64,000 nt of DNA from an uncultured Nitrospiraceae bacterium (GCA_963727775.1 CAVSHB010000003.1:192001-256000); one strand, 5' to 3'; counted from the stretch's first letter, positions 30,919 through 40,751 are shown. Program-made: numbers and translations. Notes: generated from the sequence alone by a model not told the origin.

Positions 30919-31068
30919 ATGTCTGTAATAGAATACTCAGATATAAAAATAAGTCTGGATGATGAAGGATATCTCGAAAATTTGGATGACTGGAAGAGAA
31001 AAGTGTCGTGAGCATTGGCAGAGAAAGAGAGTGTCGAAGAATTCACCAAAGACAGAAAGGAGGTGTAG
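30919..31068 (+). pseudogene. DsrC/TusE-family N-terminal relic
   Basis: MSVIEYSDIKISLDDEGYLENLDDWKRKVS*ALAEKESVEEFTKDRKEV*; the C-terminal Cys region is absent. Confidence 0.65.
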
Positions 31069-31136
31069 TATAAAATATTAAATATTAGCTCATAGAAAAA
31101 AGGTTGTGATTTCAAAAAAAAGAAGGAGGTATAGAC

Positions 31137-31313
31137 ATGAACTTAGAACTAACGGACAAAGAAAAAAATGCGCTTTTAGAAGTACTTAATGACTATATTC
31201 CAGAACTCAGAGGTGAGATTGCTTCGGGCGGTAAACACGATTTTAAAGAGGGACTGAAGGCTGAAGAGTCGGTATTAAAAACAATACTCGAGAAATTGAA
31301 GGCGCTGAAATAA
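31137..31313 (+). CDS. 58-aa helical hypothetical protein (below the ORF-track cutoff)
   Basis: Strong RBS AAGGAGGT; MNLELTDKEKNALLEVLNDYIPELRGEIASGGKHDFKEGLKAEESVLKTILEKLKALK. Confidence 0.7.
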   Translation: MNLELTDKEKNALLEVLNDYIPELRGEIASGGKHDFKEGLKAEESVLKTILEKLKALK

Positions 31314-31532
31314 GTATCCTATACGACGAAGCTGAATATGTAGTCTTTTTGTATCATGGAGGTGTATGCACTTCACAGCACCTGTCCCAAGGGGGGGCTT
31401 TTTAGGTGATGGTAACTCTGTGCCTATACTATCTATGTTGCCCGATCTATCAAGAGCATACACCCCTCTGTGATACAACACCTTGAAGATGACCCAGTAA
31501 ATACGAAGTATTCCTTTGCTACCAATGAAATC

Positions 31533-31564
31533 AAGGGCTTAGAGGTTTTTTCTAAGCCCTTTTT
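31533..31564 (+). terminator. Intrinsic terminator-like hairpin
   Basis: AAGGGCTTAGA-GGTTTTT-TCTAAGCCCTT followed by a T run. Confidence 0.7.
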
Positions 31565-32025
31565 GTTGTCCATTCCTACCATTTACGATTCCCAATAGAG
31601 CAAAACTTTCAATATTCGCATACGACACATTTATGCTTCGCCCCACGTTCAAAGTTGAAGCCTGTGATCAGTTGCATCTTTGTAACGAAAAGTCTCGTCT
31701 TTGATCTGCTCCCATTTTGTTTAGTACAAGAGAAAAGTGGCATTCTGATAGCTTCAGGTTCTGTGCATATTTGATGAAGGATTTAACGCATTCATCGTCT
31801 TCTTGGGAACGCGGTAGAGGTGATACTCGGTACCCTTCAGATTCAGCCTATAAAAATCGAGCCACTCTTTCATATTTCAACTAAAAATAGTCTATCGTCT
31901 GTTTGTTTGCGAAACAAAGAAACACCGGCCTCCAGATAACGGTTATTCATATCGGCTTGAAAGACTCCCTGTGCCTCGATTCCCGAGCGTTTAGTATGAA
32001 TGTCTCAGAGGTGAGTCAATCATTC

Positions 32026-32083
32026 CGAATAAGCGTTATTCCGCTGCGAAGTTGCGGAATAACGTGTGGAGAACGCTTATTCG
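32026..32083 (-). repeat. 49-bp repeat, copy 2 (inverted), extended into a 58-bp imperfect palindrome
   Basis: Reverse complement of 28777-28825; CGAATAAGCGTT...AACGCTTATTCG arms. Confidence 0.9.
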
Positions 32084-32345
32084 CACTCTTGAGTCGGTTC
32101 TTCTATTATGAGTGAGACATTGAAGCCCTGGTTAAAACGGCTCTAAATCATTGGTATCATTAGCGCCGAGGGCAACATCACCTGCCGCGGCCTCATCTCC
32201 TTCTCCCCGGCGCGACGACAGGAACCTGACGGATTGCTCAACTACCTCGAACTTGCTCCTCCGCTGACCGTCTTTCTACTACCTTCTTTCCTGGAGACGT
32301 CCCGTATGGTCGGAGGCATAGCTGGCAGTATCTTTAGACTTCCAT

Positions 32346-33446
32346 CTACTCCAGTGTTGTACGGAATCGGCGGAAGCTGGCGATCACGGTGACGACAGCC
32401 ATGACGACGAGATAAGCGATATGAGTAACAACATAGTTCGTTTCCCCGCCCTTCAGCATGATATTGCGCAGAAGCCCCATGTAATGTGCAACAGGATCGA
32501 GGTATGCTATCCAGCGAAGTGCGGCGGGCATGTTTTCTAGGGGATATATGAGTCCCGAAAACATGATCATCGGGAAAATGAAAAGAAACGCGGCAAGGCT
32601 AGCCTGCTGCTGGTTCTTGCAATAGGTGGAGATCAGTGTCCCCAAAGCCACGGCGGTGCAGACGAAGGCAAAAGCCGCGGCGAATAAAGCCAGCAGGGAA
32701 CCGCGCATCGGGACTTGAAAAACGAACACGGCAACAGCCAGGATCAGAGGCAGATTGGACATTCCGAGGACAACGTAAGGGATTGTTTTTCCATAAATGA
32801 TTTCAGACCGCGAGACAGGAGCTGAGATCAGCATTTCGAACGTTCCCATCTCTTTCTCCCGCACGATGGCGATATTAGACATCACCATCGTGGAAATAAT
32901 CATCAACATGCAGATCACTCCGGGTACCATGAATATCGAGGTTTCCAGGGCAGGGTTGAACAGCACGCGTGTACGGATCTGAATGGGAAGACTCGGGGCA
33001 GTCAGCTTCAAGTCGTCTTGGACCGTCTGTTGAACGATGTTTTGCAGATAGTTTTCAACCGACTGTGCCTTGACCACGTTCGTTGCATTCACTAGAAGCT
33101 GCAATTGAGCGTCTCCACGTCCAAGCGCGCGTGTGAACCCGCCCGAAGGTGGCACCAGCACGGCATCAGCATCGCCGGCTTCGATCATCTTATAGGGGTC
33201 ATGTTCTCTGCTTCTAACGGGAATAAACCACTTCCCAGCAATGCTTCTCTCGTATATGTCGCGTAAAACCGTGTCCCGGGAATCAAATACGGCCGCTAGA
33301 CGGATGTTCTTTACTTCGTTTGAAATGGCGACGCCGAAGATCGTAAGCTGGATGACCGGCATAATAAACAGAAGTATCTTCATCCTCGGGTCCCGGAGGG
33401 TCTGTGTCAGTTCTTTTCTAATGAATCCCATGAGCGTTTGGTTCAT
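32346..33446 (-). CDS. ABC-2 permease, YbhR-like
   Basis: KELTQTLRDPR, FNP, VREKEMGTFEML and SGLIYPLENMP motifs. Confidence 0.9.
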   Translation of the reverse strand: MNQTLMGFIRKELTQTLRDPRMKILLFIMPVIQLTIFGVAISNEVKNIRLAAVFDSRDTVLRDIYERSIAGKWFIPVRSREHDPYKMIEAGDADAVLVPPSGGFTRALGRGDAQLQLLVNATNVVKAQSVENYLQNIVQQTVQDDLKLTAPSLPIQIRTRVLFNPALETSIFMVPGVICMLMIISTMVMSNIAIVREKEMGTFEMLISAPVSRSEIIYGKTIPYVVLGMSNLPLILAVAVFVFQVPMRGSLLALFAAAFAFVCTAVALGTLISTYCKNQQQASLAAFLFIFPMIMFSGLIYPLENMPAALRWIAYLDPVAHYMGLLRNIMLKGGETNYVVTHIAYLVVMAVVTVIASFRRFRTTLE

Positions 33447-34573
33447 GGTTCAATATCCCTCTTAAAACGACGCGTGGCCATTACGATCATCACGAAACAA
33501 ATAACTGAGAGGGCCAGAAAAGATCCGCCAAGCTCCAAAAAACTCGATCCCTTCAGAAAGGTGTCCCGCGCGATCTGCATGAACCAGCGCGCCGGCAGAA
33601 GCATCGTAAAGTACTGAAAGAATACTGGCATACTTTCGATCGGAAAAACAAAACCGGAAAGCAACGTGGATGGCATCATTCCGACCATTTGGGCAACCTG
33701 CATGGCGATCACCTGCTTTCGTGTGACCACGGAAATCAGCAGCCCGAGGGCCAGGTAGGTCACCAGAAAGAGCAAACAGCCCAAACCAAAGACCGCGAGG
33801 TTACCCACGAATGGAACACGGAACACCATCCTTGCAACGATATAGACGAATATCACGCCGATGACTCCGAGAACGCCGTAGGGAGCGAGCTTCCCGACGA
33901 TGATCTCGAGCGGCTGCACCGGAGTTGACAACAACAGTTCCATCGAACCGTTTTCCCACTCGCGCGCGACCGTGAGAGCAGTCAGCAAAACCGACAGGAT
34001 CGACATAACAACGGCGGTAAGGCCCGGAACCACGAACCAACGGCTATTTAGTTCAGGATTGAATAAAAACCGGGTCCGAAGCTCATAGGTGTTCGGCGGA
34101 TTAAAATCGCCAATCCTTCTTGAAGCAATGGTTTGAATGCTGCCGACGTATCCGAGAACCGGGCCGACCGTCGAGCTATCGGACCCGTCGACCAGGATCT
34201 GCGCTTCGGCGGCCCTGCCCGCCCACAAGTCTTTTTCGAAACGCGACGGGATAATCAAAGCAGCACGGGCACGTTCAGCTGCCACGTCCGTGATCGCATC
34301 GTGAGGCGAAGCGACCCCATGCAGCAAGAAATAATCAGAACTCCCGAAGGTATCGAGCAGCCTCCGAGAGCTTTGTGTTTTATCGGAGTCGCTCACCGCA
34401 AGGGCTACGTTCTTTACGTTGAACTCTATGGCGAAACCGAACATAAGGACCATAAAGACTGGCAAACCGAGCGCAGCTGCCAGAGTAGTGGGATCGCGAA
34501 GGATGTGAAAAATCTCCTTTCGTGAAATGGCAGCTGCCCGACGCCAGACAAATAATGTTCTCAATGGCGTCAT
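33443..34573 (-). CDS. ABC-2 permease, YbhS-like
   Basis: KEIFHILRD, FNPEL and AREWENGSMELLL motifs. Confidence 0.9.
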   Translation of the reverse strand: MTPLRTLFVWRRAAAISRKEIFHILRDPTTLAAALGLPVFMVLMFGFAIEFNVKNVALAVSDSDKTQSSRRLLDTFGSSDYFLLHGVASPHDAITDVAAERARAALIIPSRFEKDLWAGRAAEAQILVDGSDSSTVGPVLGYVGSIQTIASRRIGDFNPPNTYELRTRFLFNPELNSRWFVVPGLTAVVMSILSVLLTALTVAREWENGSMELLLSTPVQPLEIIVGKLAPYGVLGVIGVIFVYIVARMVFRVPFVGNLAVFGLGCLLFLVTYLALGLLISVVTRKQVIAMQVAQMVGMMPSTLLSGFVFPIESMPVFFQYFTMLLPARWFMQIARDTFLKGSSFLELGGSFLALSVICFVMIVMATRRFKRDIEP

Positions 34574-35493
34574 TTGCCCTTGTCCTCTATCGTTTGAATG
34601 AAAACATCCTCAAGCGAAGGTTCGATTTTTCGGATTGCGAATTTCTTTTCGAATTGCTCCCTAACCTCTTCCCAATCCGCTTCGCTTCGAAGCACTGCGT
34701 GAAACCTGAGGCCGTATGGTTCAAAAAAAGAAAAGAGCTCGTGCTCGGCCAGCACAGAAACCTCCGCGAAGCTCATGGATTCCCTGGGGTCGAACTCAAG
34801 CATCGGCATCGGGAAGGTAGCCCGTTTCAGACCTTCGGGCGTATCCAGTGCGAGGATTTTCCCTTCTCGCATCAAGGCGATACGATCACATTGTTCAGCC
34901 TCGTCCATATGATGGGTCGTCACAAAGACTGTTTTTCCGCTTTCGGACAATTTACGGATCAACGACCAGAAACGAGCACGTGCGGCCGGGGTCACGCCAG
35001 CCGTAGGTTCATCGAGAAAGATGATCTCCGGATCGTGCAAAAGCGCTCCTGCGAGCGATACCTGTTGTTTCGTGCCTCCCGGCAGATCCTGGACCATGGT
35101 GTCGAGCGACCGGTCAAAGGAAATGAAATCGAACAGATACTGACGCCGCTCCAGATAGATGGTCTTGTCCAGTTTTCGCAAAGACGCAATGAAGTTCAAA
35201 TTCTCTTCAACGGTCAGGTCATTATAAAGGGAAAATTTCTGAGACATGTAGCCAACCTTGGACTTGATCGCTCGCTCCCCATCCTGGAAACCTACGCCGG
35301 CCACATTCACAGACCCTTCGCTCGGATGCAATAAGCCGCACAGCACCCGGATAGTGGTCGTCTTCCCTGCGCCGTTCGCTCCGAGAAAACCGAATGTTTC
35401 TCCGCGACGTACCGAAAAGGAAATCCGATTCACGGCATAGAAATCACCGAAGCGCACGGAAAGCTCCTTCACGTCCACTGCGGTTTCACTCAT
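34570..35493 (-). CDS. ABC transporter ATP-binding protein (YbhF C-half-like)
   Basis: GANGAGKTT, GYMSQKFSLY, LDEPTAG. Start placed at MSETAV, overlapping the upstream stop. Confidence 0.9.
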   Translation of the reverse strand: MSETAVDVKELSVRFGDFYAVNRISFSVRRGETFGFLGANGAGKTTTIRVLCGLLHPSEGSVNVAGVGFQDGERAIKSKVGYMSQKFSLYNDLTVEENLNFIASLRKLDKTIYLERRQYLFDFISFDRSLDTMVQDLPGGTKQQVSLAGALLHDPEIIFLDEPTAGVTPAARARFWSLIRKLSESGKTVFVTTHHMDEAEQCDRIALMREGKILALDTPEGLKRATFPMPMLEFDPRESMSFAEVSVLAEHELFSFFEPYGLRFHAVLRSEADWEEVREQFEKKFAIRKIEPSLEDVFIQTIEDKGK

Positions 35494-36220
35494 GGGTATT
35501 TCGTTTGAGGAAAAGTTCATCAAAGCTCCGAGCCCCCTCGCGCTCCAGCAGTTCCCGGGGTTCACCTTCAACAACGAGCTGCCCTTGCTCCAACAGATAA
35601 ACGCGTCCGCATCGCTCCGCTTCATCCATGTACGCCGTGGTCACGATAATCAGGATCCTTTGGTCCAAAAGGCGGTACAGTAGCTTCCAAAATTCTCGCC
35701 GGCTGATAGGATCTACGCCAGTCGTGGGTTCGTCCAGGAGCATGACTTTCGGAGACCGCAGAAGTGCGCACATCAAGCCCAGCTTCTTATACATCCCACC
35801 TGAGAGTTCACCTGCCAGCCGCTCGACAAATTCGGCCAGTCGAGCAATATGAAGAAGTTCGCTGCGTTTTTGTTGATACAAATCGTCGGGGATCCCATAA
35901 AGCTCACGAAAGAAATCCAGATGCTCACCGATGGAGAGATCCGGGTAAAGACTTTGCTGCTGCGGCATGTATGCGACGCCGGCCCGGACCGTTTCAAAGT
36001 CGACGGGCTTGCCGTTCTCCCGAAACTCCACTATTCCTTCCGTAGGCTTCATTAGGCCTAGGATAATACGCATCAGGGTGGTCTTTCCTGCGCCCTCAGG
36101 GCCGATCACGCCATGCATGAGTCCGCATGAAAACTCGAGAGACACTCTATCCAGCGCAAAGTTTGTACCGAAAACTTTTCGTATTTCCTGAACCGATATG
36201 GAGATAAGCTTTTCAGACAT
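35486..36220 (-). CDS. ABC transporter ATP-binding protein (YbhF N-half-like)
   Basis: GPEGAGKTT, LSGGM and LDEPTTGVDP motifs. Confidence 0.9.
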   Translation of the reverse strand: MSEKLISISVQEIRKVFGTNFALDRVSLEFSCGLMHGVIGPEGAGKTTLMRIILGLMKPTEGIVEFRENGKPVDFETVRAGVAYMPQQQSLYPDLSIGEHLDFFRELYGIPDDLYQQKRSELLHIARLAEFVERLAGELSGGMYKKLGLMCALLRSPKVMLLDEPTTGVDPISRREFWKLLYRLLDQRILIIVTTAYMDEAERCGRVYLLEQGQLVVEGEPRELLEREGARSFDELFLKRNTHE

Positions 36221-36225
36221 ATCGG

Positions 36226-36981
36226 TTACTGACGGGGCAATGCAACTTCGATGGTCATCCCAGGTTTAAGGATTTCTTGCTCGTTCGAACCCAGAAAACT
36301 TACTTTCACACCGAACACGAGACGCTCGCGTTCTGACCGGGTCTGCACGTTCTTAGGTGTGAACTCCGCTTCGTCATTAATCTTTATGATCTTCCCGTCA
36401 AATTCCCGGTTCTTCATCTCCGGCAAATATCCCTTCAGCTTCATACCAACCGCAAGCTGTGAAACCTCCGGCTGCGGAACATATATGAACGCCCAAATGT
36501 CCCTGATGTTTGCCAACGTCAGCAGTTTGGTACCCGGGTTCACCCATTCGCCAGGCTCATGATAACGGCTGAGGACAGTCCCTGTGATCGGCGACTTGAG
36601 GGAACACCAGCTTAGACGTACGTCCGTATCCTCTTTCTTGTTTCTGACCTGATCCAAGGTGTCCTGAGATGCGGTCCCCACACGATGTAAGCCTACGGTC
36701 CGATGATAGTTTTCATTGGCCAATTCCGATGCAACCTTCACGTCTTCGCAGGCAAGAACAATCAATTCCTGGGTATCCGTCACGCGGTCGCCTTCCTGGA
36801 CAGTCACTGCGCTGATGGCAGAAGATATGCGGGCGGATAAATCCACCTTGGTCGATTCAAGTGTCCCGGCATACAAAAACTCACCGCGGAAGAACAACAA
36901 TTTGGCCGCAATCACAGCAGAGATCGCGATCGCTGCTGCGATAAGGATTATCTTAAGCCTCTTCTTTTTATCGTTTATCAC
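36226..36981 (-). CDS. HlyD/YbhG-like periplasmic adaptor
   Basis: N-terminal TM, LKSPITG and AEFTPKNVQT motifs; GTG start with RBS. Confidence 0.88.
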   Translation of the reverse strand: MINDKKKRLKIILIAAAIAISAVIAAKLLFFRGEFLYAGTLESTKVDLSARISSAISAVTVQEGDRVTDTQELIVLACEDVKVASELANENYHRTVGLHRVGTASQDTLDQVRNKKEDTDVRLSWCSLKSPITGTVLSRYHEPGEWVNPGTKLLTLANIRDIWAFIYVPQPEVSQLAVGMKLKGYLPEMKNREFDGKIIKINDEAEFTPKNVQTRSERERLVFGVKVSFLGSNEQEILKPGMTIEVALPRQ

Positions 36982-37015
36982 TGGGCTCCCTTCCTGGTTT
37001 ATTATATTTCGCCAC

Positions 37016-37702
37016 TTACTTCGCAATAATCCCGCCGATGAAGATGCGAAGCGTCTGCTGAATCCACTGATGGCGATAGTTTTCGTCTGTAAGCGAATAA
37101 CCGGTAAACTTTTTCACCAACTTGTCGTTCCTCGTCTGATGGACAATATTGCTCATAAGAAATCCAGCCGCGGCGAGTGGATTCACATCAGCAGCCATTA
37201 TCCCTTTTTTCTTAGCTTGGTCAAAAAACTCCAACAATTTGCTGGCATGTTTCTGAAGCGTGTTAAGATACATTGCTTTGCTTCTTGAGCCCGACATTTC
37301 AACATCCCGCTGGATAAGACGGACAATATCTTTCTGCCGGATCATCGTTTCGATTGTCTGCCTCAGAAATATCTCCAGGCGCACTTTGAAGTCGTCGATA
37401 TTGTGTGGTTCCTGGAGCGTTCTTCTCGCGAAGTCCAGTCTTTCCGCTGCAAACTGCTGTATGATATGAACGTACAGGTTTTCCTTGGAACCGAAATGAT
37501 AATGTATGGCGGCAATGTTCACGCCTGCTGCATCGCAGATGTCCTTGACAGAAGTACCATCATACCCTTTATCCGCAAAAAGACGCGTTGCAGTGGACAA
37601 AATACGGCCTACTGTATCTTCACGGGAATTCATTTCCTGATTCGTCACTTTTATTTCTCTTTTCATCCTGACATGCAAACCCTTATCCGTCCCAGTAGAC
37701 AT
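37016..37702 (-). CDS. TetR-family regulator (CecR/YbiH-like)
   Basis: LFADKGYDGTSVKDICDAAGVNIAAIHYHFGSKENL HTH; start codon uncertain. Confidence 0.9.
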   Translation of the reverse strand: MSTGTDKGLHVRMKREIKVTNQEMNSREDTVGRILSTATRLFADKGYDGTSVKDICDAAGVNIAAIHYHFGSKENLYVHIIQQFAAERLDFARRTLQEPHNIDDFKVRLEIFLRQTIETMIRQKDIVRLIQRDVEMSGSRSKAMYLNTLQKHASKLLEFFDQAKKKGIMAADVNPLAAAGFLMSNIVHQTRNDKLVKKFTGYSLTDENYRHQWIQQTLRIFIGGIIAK

Positions 37703-37708
37703 GAACGT

Positions 37709-37774
37709 AAAATACCACAGTCCATACAATATGTCAATTATGTAATTGACAATTTCAATTAATCAATTTATACT
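37709..37774. promoter_or_regulatory. Back-to-back divergent promoters sharing a palindrome (candidate TetR operator)
   Basis: TGTCAATTA-TG-TAATTGACA (37732-37751). Plus strand TTGACA-N17-TATACT; minus strand TTGACA-N17-TATTTT. Confidence 0.7.
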
Positions 37775-37809
37775 TTTATAGTCTTTCAGCAAAGAATGGA
37801 GCGTCCGGG

Positions 37810-39291
37810 ATGAGCAGAATTTTTTGTTTAGTAGATCTGGTCGTTGCGACGATCATTAATCTATCATTAATCAGCTGTGCGGTAGGTCCCAATTATCGCG
37901 CGCCTGAAGCCCCCAGCACGATATCCTATACAGCGACGGCCTTACCGGCTGAGACCCAGTCTGCACCGGGGCTGGCTGGTGCGGCGCAGCGCTTTGCCCC
38001 GGGAGAGGACATTCCGGCCCAGTGGTGGACACTGTTTCATTCCCCGGCGCTGGACCAGCTGATCAAACAGGCGCTATCGGACAACCCGACGCTCGCAGCG
38101 GCGCAAGCCACCCTTCGCCAGGCCCAGGAAACTCTGAGCGCCCTCGCCGGCTCGGTGCTGTACCCGAAAATCGATGCAAGCGCCTCGGTTACGCGCGAGA
38201 AGGCATCGGGAGCCGAGATCGGGCTGACGAACCTCAAGATCAGCCCCTTCACGCTTTTCAATACCTCCGTGAATGTTTCCTATGCCCTAGATTTTTTCGG
38301 AGGAGCTAGGCGGGAAATCGAAGCCTTTGAGTCTCAGGTCGATTTTCAACGCTTTCTGCTGGAAGGAGCCTATCTCACTATCACGTCGAACATCGTCACG
38401 ACGGCTGTGAAGGAAGCTTCCCTGCGTGCGCAGATCCGAGCGCTGCAGGACATTGTAGCGGAGCAGCAGAAGCAGCTAGATCTGGTTCGGCTCCAGTTCA
38501 GACTCGGCGGTGCAGCACGCACCGACGTGCTTGCGCAGCGGGCGCAGCTTGACCAAACGAAGGCGAGTCAGCCGCCGCTAGATAGAGATCTTGCGCAGAC
38601 CCGGCATCTTTTGGCTGTGCTTGCCGGTCGGCTGCCCAGCGATGCGACAGCCCTTCCCGAGTTCACACTCGACGAACTCCATCTGCCGGAGGAACTCCCC
38701 GTGAGCCTCCCGTCATCGCTGGTTCGCCAACGCCCCGACATCCGGGCTTCAGAGGCATTGCTGCACGCAGCGAGCGCACAAGTCGGTGTGGCAACTGCTA
38801 ACCTATATCCGCAAATCAACCTCACCAGCAGTTTCGGGTCTGTGGCAACTTCAGGCGGGAACCTTTTCTCAAGCGGATCGAATGTGTGGAGTCTCGGCGC
38901 GGGTCTGCTGCAACCTGTTTTTCATGGTGGACAGCTGAGTGCCACGCGCAGGGCTGCAATCGCCGCATATGATCAGGCAATAGCGCAATATCGTGCCGCT
39001 GTTTTACAGGCATTTCAAAATGTTGCCGATGTGCTTCGCGCTCTGGATGCGGATGCTGATACGCTTAAGGCGCAAGCCGACGCCGAGTTGACCGCTCGCG
39101 ACACGCTCGAGCTGACCCAGAAGCAGTTCCAACTGGGCGGCGTAAGCTACCTCTCTCTACTCAATGCTGAACGTCAGCACCAGCAGTCACGGATAGGCCT
39201 ATCCCAGGCACAGGCCGCGCGCTTCGCCGATACAGCAGCGCTTTTCCAGGCGCTGGGTGGCGGATGGTGGAACCGGACTCATAAGGAGTAG
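37810..39291 (+). CDS. NodT/OprM-type outer-membrane efflux lipoprotein
   Basis: Lipobox ISC-AVGPNY, WWTLF, RQRPDIRA and LFQALGGGWW motifs. Confidence 0.92.
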   Translation: MSRIFCLVDLVVATIINLSLISCAVGPNYRAPEAPSTISYTATALPAETQSAPGLAGAAQRFAPGEDIPAQWWTLFHSPALDQLIKQALSDNPTLAAAQATLRQAQETLSALAGSVLYPKIDASASVTREKASGAEIGLTNLKISPFTLFNTSVNVSYALDFFGGARREIEAFESQVDFQRFLLEGAYLTITSNIVTTAVKEASLRAQIRALQDIVAEQQKQLDLVRLQFRLGGAARTDVLAQRAQLDQTKASQPPLDRDLAQTRHLLAVLAGRLPSDATALPEFTLDELHLPEELPVSLPSSLVRQRPDIRASEALLHAASAQVGVATANLYPQINLTSSFGSVATSGGNLFSSGSNVWSLGAGLLQPVFHGGQLSATRRAAIAAYDQAIAQYRAAVLQAFQNVADVLRALDADADTLKAQADAELTARDTLELTQKQFQLGGVSYLSLLNAERQHQQSRIGLSQAQAARFADTAALFQALGGGWWNRTHKE

Positions 39292-39782
39292 ACTCAAAGA
39301 ATTTCCGATCATTGCGACACGATTGTGCAATGTCCCCGCCATCTCCATAGAAGTCTGAACATTCTCTTCCCTGCTAGAAGAACTTCAGCCTTGTTTGCCC
39401 AGATGTTTGAAGCGGAACTATTTGAGGCGCGCCTTATGACAAAACTAAACTTGATGAATATTGATTTCGGTGAAGCTCTACGAGATAGAATTACAGAAAA
39501 TGACCTTTGTGATAAGAGGACCGGCGGAGTTTAACTTTGGTGGAGGCCGAAACCGACCTCGCAGTTAATGCCTTCCGAGCTATTTATCTGATTTTGATGC
39601 ATGTTTCTTCTGGTATTTAACGCGGAAGAAATTCGAGAGTCGGCATCCGTCTGATCGAAAATCTTGCCGCCTTATGCAGAAGCAAGTGTCATGTTGCGGG
39701 GAGTAACCTTCAGATACGGCAAATCTTAACTCGCAAGGATTACTGTGATTGAACCCCCACCGTGCCATAATTCCATTCTTTA

Positions 39783-39803
39783 TCTTATAGATATTCTATA
39801 AGA
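39783..39803. repeat. Perfect palindrome (candidate protein-binding site)
   Basis: TCTTATAGA-TAT-TCTATAAGA. Confidence 0.5.
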
Positions 39804-40154
39804 CAGGCGCACCTCCCATTTCCCGCGAATTTCCATGCCTGTCCGCTGTTGCAACGCGAATATCGACTAACCAGTGCCGCCTATTCCCTAAACTTATTAC
39901 GCCGCAGTTTCTGCTACGGAGTAGCTCGCGCTGACGGAGTACTGCGCAGCGAATTGCTATTATTGTAAAAAAGTGGGTGTAAGTAATTTGACAAACGGCC
40001 TGTCCGAATTTATATACAGTAAGGACAAAAAAGGACATATAAAAGAGAAACCATGAGGGCTCAGGTAAGAGGCCATAATGCATAATGGGCTGAACAGAAA
40101 AATGACTGATAACGCACATAGCCCTCATAAGAAAAGAAAGGAAACTTCTGATAG

Positions 40155-40430
40155 ATGAAGAGAAAGACATATGTGCTTGACACGTGCGTCTTAATCGATG
40201 ATCCTGATATCTTTTTCAAGCTCGGCAAAAGTCAGATTATTATCCCCGGCGCAGTCATCAAGGAGCTTGACGGCCTAAAGAGAAGTTGGGATCCCGACAG
40301 GGCAAAGCCCGCCAGACAGGTTACGAGGATTCTCGACAGGCTGAGCAGACGCCAGGACATTAAATTGGGGGCCATAACATCTGCAGGCTCTATTGTGAGA
40401 ATATGCAACAGTCACACGGTAATCGATGAC
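40155..40430 (+). pseudogene. PIN-domain (PhoH2-type) N-terminal half, copy A
   Basis: YVLDTCVLIDDP, VIKELDGLK; homology stops at VID, then the frame reads into the antisense of copy B. Confidence 0.8.
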
Positions 40431-40706
40431 CTTGTATTTGGTGCTTATTCTCACAGTGGACCCGGCATAAGTTTTAGCCCCTGTCGATATATCCTGACTG
40501 CTACCCAGCCGGTCAAGCATTCTGGATACTTTTCTTGCAGCTTTTGTCCTTGGTTCTTCCGGGTCGGGGTTCCTTTTAAGTCCGTCTATCTCTTTGATCA
40601 CCGCAGTCGGAATGATTATCTGATTGTCGCCGAGTTTGTAAAAAACATCCGGATCATTGATTAAGACACTTGTATCGAGTACATATGTCTTGGTTTTGTC
40701 TTTCAT
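40419..40706 (-). pseudogene. PIN-domain (PhoH2-type) N-terminal half, copy B
   Basis: YVLDTSVLINDP, VIKEIDGLK; homology stops at VID at the same ATCGAT. Confidence 0.8.
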
Positions 40707-40751
40707 GATACCTCCATAAAAAAAGTGTTAATATTAGTTCCCAAATTATCT

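Noticed and set aside
31009..31011. TGA in the dsrC-like ORF as selenocysteine
   Set aside because: The ORF terminates 19 codons later without the functional C-terminus, and no obvious SECIS hairpin follows.
28777..32083. Integron cassette array
   Set aside because: Only two sites, in inverted orientation and not following each gene; no IntI-specific insertion was recognised in the integrase.
34570..35625. ORF-track N-terminal extensions (also pgi to 51568, ackA to 56648, ATPase to 48950)
   Set aside because: The extensions overlap upstream genes or relics; downstream starts with an RBS or stop/start coupling fit better.
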